Shown: positions 1 to 11,030 of the stretch, one piece after another
Layout: each line of letters starts with the position of its first letter
Numbering within the stretch: position 1 is the stretch's first letter
Origin: Chiloscyllium plagiosum
Taxonomy: Eukaryota
Assembly (NCBI RefSeq): GCF_004010195.1
Contig: NC_057710.1
Span: forward strand, 137,918,000 to 137,981,999
Direction: 5' to 3'
Length of the DNA stretch: 64,000 nucleotides
The notes under the pieces: model-generated
The model's input: only the letters and a program-made list of their open reading frames with translations
What the model was told of the DNA's origin: nothing
Database searches by the model: none
Made by a program: the position numbers and the translations under genes

Positions 1-89
1 AGCATTAATAATATTTATCATTTGTCAGTTTCCATATCCCACATGGTATGGGAATCTCTATGAACTTTACAAAGACCTGGATAGCAACA

Positions 90-960
90 TAAAAATAGGA
101 GCATGAGCAGACCATTAGGCCGTTGGCGTACTCTGCCATCATCCAACTCATTAGTTTGTTTCCGCTTTTTCCATATATCCTTTGGTCCTTTTAGCTGTAA
201 GCACTATGTCTAGCTTGTTTTTGAAAACGTTTAACATCTTGACCTGAAAACTTACTGTGGCAGGGAACTGCATAGATTCGCTACTCTAGATGAATAAATT
301 TATCCTTATCTTAGTCCTAACGAGCCTATTATGTATCCTTTGGCTATTACCTCTGGCTCTAACCCACCAATCATCGTGTACACTCTCTTACGTTTGCCCT
401 ATTCAGCCCTGCTAATAATTTATAGGTATTTTTGTGAGATTCTCCCTTCATTCTTCTAAATTCTAGTAAATATAATCCTAATCAATCTAGTCTTTCCATC
501 ATCAGTTCTGCCATTCCAGGAATCAGTGTGGTCAATCTTTGTTGACCTCCCTCCGTTGTCGGAACATCCTTCCTCAGACAAGAAGACCAAACTGAACACA
601 ACACTTGGTGTGCTGTCGCCAAAGTCCTATCCAATTGCAGAAAGACATATATTCTCGTGTGTTTGAATCCTCTCATGATAAAGGTCAACACATCCTTTAC
701 CTTCTTCACCTCCTGCTGCTCTTGCGTGCTTATTTTCAGTGGCTGGTTTGCAAGGAGGTCTTGATGCACATCCTGCTCCTGAAGTAACACCATTCAGAGT
801 ATAACCTGCTTCTTGTTTTTTGGTACCACAGAGGATAACTTCAAATTTATCCACATTATAATTTCATCTGCAATGCATTTGCCTACTCACTGAACCTTTC
901 CAAATCTCACCAATGCATTTCTGTATCTTCCACTCAGCACACTCTCCCACACAGTTTTCT
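90..960 (-). mobile_element. Old CR1 LINE 3' fragment (similar relics at about 1614-2035, 11340-12400, 15420-16700, 20800-21800, 31890-32190, 40780-41320, 50300-50700, 62760-63036)
   Basis: Decayed CR1 C-terminal translation (WSSCLRKD, RLTTLIPGM) and 3' UTR similarity. Confidence 0.65.
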
Positions 961-1298
961 GCCATGATGCGATCACAATGAAAATATTGACTGGTTAAGG
1001 CTGAGACACAATTGATACAATTATTGTGTGCTGATGGTATTTAACTGAAACAGTATTGTGTAACATTATAGGATACAACCATATACATATATAGAGAGGG
1101 CTATACAAATATTCTCTGCAAACAGAGGGCTATACAAAAAGCATTAAATCATTTCTTATATAATATGGAACAGTATCACAGGCTTTGTGTTCAGCATAGT
1201 GAAAATATGACTATAACTACTTTAATATAAAAATGCATTTATATACATTCATGATAAATACATTTCCTTAAATTCATGATCATAGCAAGTGAAAATCT

Positions 1299-1304
1299 TT
1301 TATT
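1299..1304 (-). promoter_or_regulatory. Candidate OTOP1 polyadenylation signal AATAAA (a second one at 1356-1361)
   Basis: AATAAA on the minus strand about 80 nt downstream of the stop. AT-rich context, so a chance occurrence is possible. Confidence 0.35.
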
Positions 1305-1380
1305 GTGCATGAAAATCAAATCAAATAATTTGGTTCATCTTACAAATATTTGCCTTTTATTAAAGCAAGTTAAACATTAG

Positions 1381-1551
1381 TTAAATTGCACAGAACACTT
1401 CAAAAAGTGCTGAAGATGCATGCATGCGGTAGAAAATAGCAAAAGGCATTGTAAGATTTACAATTAAAATCCAAGCTTCAAAGCCATAAACATTTTCTTC
1501 CAATCCATTGTCAAATTGGGGCCAGGCTCCAAAAGCTGGAAGTATCCAAAA
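1381..1551 (-). CDS. OTOP1: Otopetrin-1 last coding exon (FWILPAFGAWPQFDNGLEENVYGFEAWILIVNLTMPFAIFYRMHASSALFEVFCAI*)
   Basis: Acceptor ttcttaaag|TTT, TAA stop at 1383-1381; 171 nt; FYRMH signature. The six exons total 1782 nt = 593 aa + stop. Confidence 0.96.
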   Translation of the reverse strand, partial: FWILPAFGAWPQFDNGLEENVYGFEAWILIVNLTMPFAIFYRMHASSALFEVFCAI

Positions 1552-2647
1552 CTTTAAGAAGGAAAAAAAGAATTTGGAGGCAGGTTAATTAATAAATGTC
1601 ATTGAAAGTTAATAAGTACAAACAATAGACAATAGGTGCAGGAGTAGGTCATTCTGCCCTTCGAGCCTGCACCACCATTCAATATGATCATGGCTGGTGT
1701 GGACTTGTTGGGCCGAAGGGCCTGTTTCCACACTGTAAGTAATCTAATCTAATCCACTGCCCTCTGGGCCAGAGCATTCCACACAGCCACCACTCTCTGG
1801 GTGAAGACGTTTATCCTCATCTCTGTCCTAAATAGTCTACCCCGTATTTTTAAGCTGTGTCCTCTGGTTCGGCATTCACCCATCAGCAGAAACATGTTTA
1901 ACATGTTTCCTGCCTCCAGAGTGTCCAATCCTTTAATAACCTTATATGTCTCAATCAGATCCCTCTTAGTCTTCTAAACTCAAGGGTATACAAGCCCAGT
2001 CGCTCCAGTCTTTCAGCGTAAGATAGTCCGCCATTCATAACATTAACAACAACAAATTGTATTCATGTAGGGCAGCTCATGGGTGCATTATAAAGCAAAC
2101 ATATGACACTATTGCATAAGAGATATTAGGACAGATGACTAAAATTCTGGTCAAAGCAATAAGTTATAATTTATTATAGCAGGAAAGCATGATGCAGAGG
2201 CAAGAGGTTTATGGAACAAACTTAATACCCAGGCAGCTGAAAACACAGCTGGCAAAACAACTAAAGTCAGCAATGCTAAAGAGATTAGAATGAAAGAATT
2301 ACAGATATATTTGGACAATTGTGAGGCTGGAGGAGATTACAGAAATAGGGTGGCATGGGACCATGGAGGGATTTGAAAACAAGAAAGAGAATTTCAAAAT
2401 CTTGTTTAACTGGGAGATCAGTAATGTTGTTTAACTGGAAGATCAGTGACCGCAGGGATGATGAATAAAAGGGATTTGGCATCAGTTTGAAAACACACAG
2501 CAGAAGTTTGGAGATATATTTAAGTTTATGGAGCAAAGAATGAGAGAGGCTGGCCAAGCATGCGAGAATAGTCAAGTCTCGAGGTAAGAAAGACATGAAT
2601 ATGAATTTCAGGAGAAGTTGAGCTGAATCAGGGGTGGTGTCAAAAAA

Positions 2648-2863
2648 TGTGGTGCTGGAAAAGCACAGGCGCTCAAGCAGCATCCCAGGAGTAGGAGAGT
2701 CGATGTTTCAAGCATAAGCTCTTCATCATCTTCACCTCCACATTCATGATGATGAGTTTATGGTCAAATTATCAACTCCCCTGCTCTTCGGGTGCTGTCT
2801 GACTAGCTGTGCTTTTCCAGCGCCATACTTGTTGACTCTAATCTGCAGTCGTCACTTTCTCCT
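2648..2863. mobile_element. Family-A PLE terminus, inverted (head-to-head) pair, decayed
   Basis: gtggtgctggaaaagcacag...cttcatc followed by the reverse-complement arm ...ctgtgcttttccagcgcca...ctttctcct. Confidence 0.7.
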
Positions 2864-3099
2864 GAATCGGCTGGAACTCGGCAACGTTACAGAAGTAGAA
2901 ATACGTCATCTTGGTGGCAGCCTTTGATAGTTGCCAGGGAGAAAGGTAGTGTCAGTGGCTAAGGAGTGTGCTAGGGACAAAAAGAAAAGCTCCAATATTC
3001 CAAATATTTAATTGGAGAAAATTTATTTTTATCTCGTACCGAGTGTCGGACAACAGTCTAATTTTGAGACCGAGTAATTGAGAGATGGGATCCATAATG

Positions 3100-3394
3100 C
3101 GGAGGTGCGTGTTGGACTGGGGTGGACAAAGTTAAAAATCGTGCAATACTAGGTTATAGTCCAACAGGTTTATTTGGAAGCACTAGCTTTCGGAGCGCTG
3201 ATCCTTCAAGTAGCCGTAGAGCAGGATCACAAGACACAGAATTTATAGCAAACGATTTGCTATAAATAATCTTTTGTTATAAATTCTGTGTCTCATGATC
3301 CTGCTCCACATCTGATGAAGGAACAGCGCTTAGAAAGCTAGTGCTTCCAAATAAACCTGTTGGGCTATAATGTGGCGTTGTGTGATTTTTAACT
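3100..3394. mobile_element. Family-B PLE-type terminus as a ~265-bp palindrome with a hammerhead-like core in each arm
   Basis: 3130-3250 pairs with about 3275-3394; CTGATGAaggaacagcgcttaGAAAGCTA at 3312-3340. Related single copies at about 9762-9870, 41748-41870 and 54856-54982. Confidence 0.75.
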
Positions 3395-3499
3395 GAGAAC
3401 TGGGATGGTAAGGTAGAGGCCAATGCCGAATATACAAAATTCTAACGGGACTTGACCTCAGGGCGAGACGTTGAGAAGATGTTTCCACTAGTGGGCATG

Positions 3500-4085
3500 G
3501 TCAAAAATCACAGGATACCAGTTTATAGTCCAACAGGTTTATTTGAAAACATAAGATTTTGGAGCCTCACTGCTAGTGAGAGAGGGAGACCTGGACAGAG
3601 TAAAAGATGATGCGAACGGATTGAACACACCTAAGATGGCTGTTAACTCCTTAATCAGTTAGAACAGAGGTGTGAATTTCGATTATTTAATATGCAAATC
3701 CCAGAATTTCTCTCAAGTCACTGCACCAAGATAACTTAAGGTTTTATCAGTATAAATGAGGAGATATCTCAGGTCAGACAATGAATTTTAGACGTGAGGT
3801 GTATGTCTTAACCTGGAGTCAGTCAGGTTTTATTTCTAAAGCAGAAATTTAAAAAATGCCACGTCGACTGTCTACAAATGGTGTCCTTTTTGAACAAAAT
3901 AGAATGTATGTACAAATGCAAGTTCACCCAATAGATTTATATATATTTATGTGTGTGAGAAAGCCTTACGCGTACAAGGATCTGTTTCGATGAGAAGGAA
4001 CGCAACGGACACCTGAATGTGTTGAAGGATACCCTCATAAGAACGGGATACAATGCTCAACTCATCAATACCCATCGTTAAAAAC
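3500..4085. mobile_element. Rearranged PLE fragment (family-B terminus on the minus strand plus a short plus-strand RT-thumb-like piece)
   Basis: 3500-3570 matches the family-B end; 3962-4065 reads, with frameshifts, like ALR..RICxDExERNGHLxVLKDxLIRTGYxAQLI. Confidence 0.55.
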
Positions 4086-6176
4086 CGTAAAGACAGATAG
4101 AGATTAGATTAGATTAGATTACAGTGTGGAAACAGGCCCTTCGGCCCAACAAGTCCACACCGACCCGCCGAAGCGAAACCCACAGGCAGCAGTGCTAACC
4201 ACTGTGCCACCGTGCCGCCCACCACGGTGGCACAGAGAGAGAACATGAGATAGCTAAATTTTGATTCTTCTGAGATATCAGGACTAACTGAGTGGGAGTG
4301 CAAAAAGAAAGCCAGTGAAGACAATTTCTGGTTACGATGACAAGGAAAATGAAGCCAAGTAAATACTGTTCTACCTAATCGAATACACGCGTTGTAGATA
4401 TAATGAACAAGTTTATTTAGGGTTCTTGAGATTTCTAAACAGCTTTACTGTGTCTATTCAAACGTTTTAATAGCTCTTAGTTCACATTTTTACAAGCCTT
4501 TTATCTATCTTAAGTGATGAATATTTTGTAATTCAAAGTGGTTTATTGAATGCGAACTATTAACTGTCAATAATATTTCCTGTAGTCAGTCAATGGTTCT
4601 GAAGATTTTGAAGTTGCAAGATAGGGACAAATTTTAGAAAAAGATTTTCGATGGTATTGTTACTTCGAGGTCAGAGCCTGTTGCTTAGATATGACTTCGG
4701 CACAGCAACATTGACAGGGAGATGGAGACATAGTAACATACGATTGTAAACATTGATATAAGACCCTAATCAACTATCGTGGCAACAGGAAAATTTGGTT
4801 TGTGTGTAGGTACATAGAACATGATTTACATTTGTTTAATGATTTAACTACATCCAGTTTCAGAATTAGTTTTACTAATCTTTTGATATTCTTTAAATGT
4901 TTACTTTGTTTATTACACTCTCATAATATTCAAAGGTATTTCTGTATTATGATTGACCTGAAATGTGCTCCATTTGCTGGAGGGAAGCTACCACAAGGGT
5001 TTGGAGAAGTGTGTGGCAAAGCTGTCGCCAATTTTCAAGGACAAAGTGATGCCTTTTCTTCGAAGAGATTCCGATGCTAGCGGCTTTACCTAATATCATG
5101 ATTTATTATTTAAGTAAAAAGTAAGAAAAAGGCATAACTTTTGAAACAGTAAAGAGATTCCAAAACAAAGTTTGAAAGGGCCTTTTTTTTACTTCTTACT
5201 AGATATCCCTATTTTATTATTCACGGGATACCTTCATTTCTGAGTAAACATTGGTTCTGCAGTCTGTTTCTGTGATGTGGAAGAAATGTGCAAGTTTTTC
5301 TCCCTGTGTTTGCATGGGTTTGCTCCGGGTGCTCCGGTTTCCTCCCACAGTCCAAAGATGTGCAGGTTAGGTGAACTGGCCATGTTAAGTTGTCCATAGT
5401 GTTAAGTGCATTAATCAGAGGGAAATGGATTTTGGTGGGTTACTCTTCGGAGGGTCGGTGTGGATTTATTGGACTGTGGGGAATCTAATCTCATCTTTTA
5501 TCAGAGTCCGATCATAGCGCCGCCTACAAGGTGTAAGAGACATCGCAGGGAAACGAAATGGGAATTTCCGAGGCGTCCAAAAGCGGCATAAACGTTTTCA
5601 GCTCTTTTTGTGGTAGAACGGCATGTTCCATCCACTATTCAGTATTGAAGTATTAAGTTTGTCAATTTCACTTATCTCTTTATGGCAGTTCCGACTTTAT
5701 ATATTTTACAACATCGTGGGCCGAAGGGCCTGTTCTGTGCTGTATTGTTCTATCAGTATTATGTTACTGAAATCACTCTCCAACATTATCTTTAGTCTTC
5801 TTTTGGTATATTCATTTGAATAATCCTTTTGCACTTCCCTCATTTGGTAGTTCGTTTATTCCATATTTATTCCTAATCAATTTATCTAATATTCCACCTG
5901 GATGACTAATTTCCATTTACGTTTTGTGGATTTTTTTGTATATTCAAGGGGGTCACGTGGAGCAATGATAGTATTCGAGTTCAAGTCCCACGTCTGAAAA
6001 GTTTGATCAAAAAAAAATTATCATCAATCTATGATTTACTTTTAAATTTTCCTACTCATCTTCTGAACTTGATTTTGGCAACATTTCCCGAGGATTTTTT
6101 AAACAAACACTACTTTGTGAATGAATGCTGGAAGACGTCTTTTCTTTAAAGAAAATTGTTTCATCACCTGTCTTAC

Positions 6177-7093
6177 CGAAATATTGCACAAGAACAGAAA
6201 CGCGACGATGTTCTTCAATATCACTCTGGTTTTGTGCAGATTTCCCGTCTTCCTGAAGCTGGCTGGAGGAAAGGAGCCGGCAGCTCGGGGTGATGGTAAC
6301 TGCTCACTGCACACCGAGCTGGTTCGGTCTTCTGGAGATTGTGGAGGAGCAGTCTCGCAATACAGCTCTCGCTCTACTCCCTCCAACGTTTTGTTGACAA
6401 TGCCACACCGTGGGGGTGATGTACCAGGACGGTCACTGGTCCCCTTGATTCTTCCGGCTTCCTCTTCCCCGTCATCCTGCTTGCGATGGAGCGATTCAAC
6501 GATGAACATGTTCTGCACAGATTTCTCAATGATAGCCAAAGTGGAAAGTGGTAAACTGAGCCATGTGAAATGCGGACGGCTTTGTGCAGAAACCGCCGCC
6601 AGCACAGAGCACCAGGATAGCAGCCAGGAGGCACACGCAGTACTGGCCAGAAGCTGGCCATCCAGCTTTCGCGTGGGATTTTTGGAATAATCCATTGACC
6701 TTTTGTCTATCCTATAAATGACCAGGCCGGTTGTAGATGCTGCAGACATTAAGCCAAGCACTATCATACTGTACAAATAAAACATAGTCACAGCAGATAG
6801 TCGGTGATCTTTTGAATGGCCCGCCTGTAGGCTGTACACAACAAGAATTCCTATTGTAGTTGCGAAGACGGCAGCTCCCAGAACTGGTCCTGGCAAAATA
6901 TTGGGGCGTGTCTTAAACACCAGTTTTTGAGGACTGCGCTGTTCCAGCTTTCTACCGACATTCTTCCACATGATGTAGAGCATAGCGGAGGCCAAAACGT
7001 GATACTCAATGCTGAAAGGGTACATGTAATAGGAGGCTTTGTAGAAAGCAGCGCATACATGTATAGTACAGCTGCAGTTTGGTCCAGCCTTTT
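6177..7093 (-). CDS. OTOP1: Otopetrin-1 coding exon 5 (large exon; CSC..YYMYPFSIEYHVLASAMLYIMWKNVGR ... FLFLCNIS)
   Basis: Lies within ORF 6099..7139. Acceptor gttgcag|AA, donor TCG|gtaaga; 917 nt; otopetrin motifs YPFxIEY, WKNVGR, KNPTRKLD, QNxFI, FLFLCN. Confidence 0.96.
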
Positions 7094-7180
7094 CTGCAAC
7101 GAAAGGGATTAAAACATTGCACATATTGTTATCCAACAAGATCTTAGTTGGTTTTCATTCCCGTTGCGGGTTCCTAGTTT

Positions 7181-8487
7181 TCAAAGTTTGTGAGAAGATT
7201 TGTAGCTCGGGTGCTCATTGTTGCGGTTCTGTTCGCCGAGCTGGGAATTTGTGTTGCAGACGTTTCGTCCCCTGTCTAGGTGACATGCTCAGTGCTTGGA
7301 AGCCTTCAGTGAAGCGCTTCTGTGAAGTTTCCTCCGGCATTTATAGTGGTTTGTCTCTGCCGCTTCCGGTTGTCAATTCCAGCTGTCCGCAGCAGTGGCC
7401 GGTATATTGGGTCCAGGTCTGATGTGTTTGTTGATAGAATCTGTGGGTGAGTGCCATGCCTCTAGGAATTCCCTGGCTATTCTCTGTTTGGCTTGTCCGA
7501 TAGTAATAGTGTTGTCCCAGTCGAACTCATGTTACTTGTCATCTGCATGTGTGGCTACTAAGGATAGCTGGTTGTGCCGTTTGATAGTTGGTGTTCATGG
7601 ATTAGCTGTCTTCCTGTTTGTCCTATATAGTGTTTTGTGCAGTCCTTGCATGGGATTTTGTACACTACATTGGTTTTGCTCATGCTGGGTATCGGGTCCT
7701 TTGTCCTGGTGAGTTGTTGCCTGAGAGTGGCTGTTGGTTTGTGTGCTGTTATGAGTCCTAGTGGTCCTTAGGCATCTGTTGATGAAATTGTGGGGGTATC
7801 CGTTTTTGGCGAATACATTGTAGAGGTGTTCTTCTTCCTCTTTTTGCAGTTCTGGTGTACTGCAGTGTGTTGGGCCCTTTTGAACAGTGTCTTGATGCAA
7901 CTTCTTTTGTGTGTGTTGGACTACTACGACCACTAGGACTCATAACAGCACACAAACCAACAGCCACTCTCAGACAACAACTCACCAGGACAAAGGACCC
8001 GATACCCAGCATGAGCAAAACCAATGTAGTGTACAAAATCCCATGCAAGGACTGCACAAAACACTACATAGGACAAACAGGAAGACAGCTAACCATCGGT
8101 ATCCATGAACACCGACTAGCCACCAAACAGCATGACCAGGTATCCTTAGTAGCCACACACGCAGATGACAAGCAACATGAGTTCAACTGGGACAACACTA
8201 CTATAATAGGACAAGCCAAACAGAGAACAGCCAGGGAATTCCTAGAGGCATGGCACTCATCCACAGATTCTATCAACAAACACATCGACGTGGACCCAAT
8301 ATACCGGCCACTGCAGCGGACAGCTGGAACTGACAACCGGAAGCAGCAGAGACAAACCACTATAGATGCCAGAGGAAACATCACAGAAGCGCTTCACAGG
8401 AGGCTTCCAAGCACAGAGGATGTCACCGAGACAGGGGACGAAATGTCTGCAACACAAATACCCAGCTCAGTGAACAGAACCACAACA
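7181..8487. mobile_element. Penelope-like retroelement (end of RT + GIY-YIG endonuclease) arranged as a fold-back, 12-bp TSD
   Basis: ORF 7855..8496 has NVVYKIPCKDCTKHYIGQTGR..HEH (GIY-YIG). About 7219-7767 is the reverse complement of about 7929-8487. ggttcctagttt flanks both ends (7169-7180, 8488-8499). Confidence 0.9.
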
Positions 8488-10544
8488 GGTTCCTAGTTTG
8501 TTGTTAGCATACACCTGACTTAAAACTTCAGGACTATCTAAACTGGGCCTTCCCCCAAGTAGAGCTGAAAATTGTATGCTATATTGCTGTAAGAGGTTAT
8601 TGAACTAGTAACATCACTACCCTGCATTCCAAAACAATTTTATGAAGAAACCCGTATTAAAGTATTATGGAATCTAATTTAAATAACTTCAATCATTACA
8701 GTATCCCTCTGCAAGGAACCTATTTAGTTAACACTTGTTGCAATGGTATTATCCTGTGGATAATTATAATTGGATTTCGAATTGGAACTGTTCATGACTA
8801 AGTGAATGTGGAGGGCCGCGCAATGTGTTTACTACTTTATGTAGAGGCTGTTTGAAACAGTGAACCATTCAATCACTGTGCCATTATCATCACTTTGACA
8901 TGAATACAGAAATATTTCAGTTTGCCTTCTAATATCCTGCTGTTTGCATGATACAGGGTAATACATGTAGTTGTGGACAATTTCATTGACAACAGATCCA
9001 GAACTGAAGCAAAGAATTCTCAGTGATGGGTAGCAATGGGAATATAATCCAAAGTCATTTTATTACTTTCAAATTATGCTACACTGATCATATTATGTCT
9101 TAAATTATTAATATCCCATTTGAGTCATTTTCTGAATGAAATCTATCCAATTATATTGAGGCAGCTTTATATTTCCTGTGGGAAATGTATTGTCTCCTGA
9201 AACTGATAAGAGTGTGGATGGCTGGATGGGTATTAAACAAAATATTGCTAAGACAATAAAAAGATTGAAATAAAAATTTCAGTTACTAATCGCTACTGCC
9301 TGAATGGTGTCGAAACAGCTTCAGTGTTCCCTTTCTGACCCTGCAAGCTAGATTACAATGTAGACTATTAACAACATCAAAGTGTGATGAGCTCTAAATG
9401 GCTGCAGCCAAGTTATTTCATAACATAATGTAAATTATTGCAAATTCAACAATTTCATGGTCAAAAATAACTTTACTGGGGAGCTTAGAAGGTAGTACAT
9501 TTGGTTTTGTCAGAGTTAATTTTGGAGCAATGCAAATCATCCAGCAATGTGGAAGAATTTGATCTACTGGCATATTTGTGGTTGCAAAATGTTGGATTTT
9601 ATTTTCTGCATTGATAATGGTGAGCACCAATTATTAATGATCTATTATTTTTCTAGCTATATTAATTGCCAGTTTATGCACACAGTTCATCATCTGGGCC
9701 TGTAACCACTGGAAGCAAGGTAGTTCCATACTTATTATACCATAATCTTTGTAATTGTAAAATGTGGAGGTACTGGTGTTGGACAAAGTTAAAAATCACT
9801 CAACACCAGGTTATAGTCCAACAGGTTTATTTGGAAGTACTAGTGTTCAGATCACTCCTTCATTACCAAATAGAAGAGATATGAAACACAGTACATTATG
9901 ATAGCTTTCTTTAGTGAAAGTCTGTTATATTTTCCTTCTATCTCAGCAGCACCAGATAATCCCTCCACATTATATCACTTAGTGATCAACCAGAATGTAC
10001 TAGTATAACTATTGACCATGAAACTGACATGAGTCATCAAAATAGACTATTTTGATCACAACTAAAATAATTTGTGGTTTGATTCATTTTTTTTTCATGT
10101 ATCGTTTGAGACACTTTAGCTAATATAATTTATTTTAAAAAAAACAGAGGAGCCTGCAGTTAAAGTTTGGGGTTAGAAGGTTGTAGGGTTAATTTAGGTT
10201 GACATTTCAATGTATAACTAAGGGATTACTGCATTGTCAGAGAGTCATTATTCGGATGAAATATCAGGCAGAGCCATTTAAAAGTCCTGAAATAGATAAA
10301 TAAATTTAAAAATGGTATCCAAAGATGCTGATATTGAAAGACATATCCAATGTTTATTTTCCATAAAAGCAAAATTTTAAAGGAACCTCAAAAGGAGCAG
10401 ATTAAAACGTATAGAACAATTTAGGAAAAACATTCCAGTGTGGATTTAGGTCACTGAAGGCAATGTATTAGTGGGGGACAAAGAGAGCAACTACTGATAC
10501 TCTTGGTGCTTTTAGAAAAAGATGGGCAATATCTTTGGTGGTGA

Positions 10545-11030
10545 AGTGCCTTATGTCCCCTTCCAACTGCATTTTGATTTAGCCCTCTCCCTCTATCCTT
10601 ACGTCTTCCAAATTTAATAGTCTGCCATTAATGGGCTTTACACAGAAATTAATTAATTAGAAAACAGAAGTGATTTACTGGTGGTGGTTAATAAATGAAA
10701 AAATACCCTGGGTGATTTGATGATGGGAACAAGAAGATCAGTCCTATGGAAGAGCTCTTCTGAATACATGAAAAATTCAAATAGTGTAGCCATTGATACT
10801 CTCAACAATTTGAGAGAGAGAGAACGATGAGTTCCACAGGGAGTAGAGTGCCTTACCTTCCATCCAATTCCATTTTGAGTTAGCTTTCTCTCTCTCTACC
10901 ACTCCCTCACCTTTGGTGTTACTGCATTGCCTTTAATGGGCTCTGCATGTAAAGTTAACAGTTAAAAACAGGAGTGATTTATTGGTGTGGTTAATAGATG
11001 AAAAAGACAATGGTTATTTGGTGGTGGGAA
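10545..11030. repeat. Diverged direct duplication (about 185-bp units, about 300-bp spacing)
   Basis: agtgcctta...ttaatgggct...aaaacagragtgattta..gatgggaa at 10545-10730 and 10847-11030. Confidence 0.7.

Noticed and set aside
6121-6690. 189-aa plus-strand ORF
   Set aside because: Antisense shadow of OTOP1 exon 5; no recognisable domain.
6099-7139. 346-aa ORF as a stand-alone single-exon gene
   Set aside because: Its ends run into introns; splice sites at 7093 and 6177 place it as OTOP1 exon 5.
7855-8496. Domesticated GIY-YIG nuclease gene
   Set aside because: The ORF start comes from the inversion junction and it sits inside a TSD-bounded truncated element; no evidence of selection.
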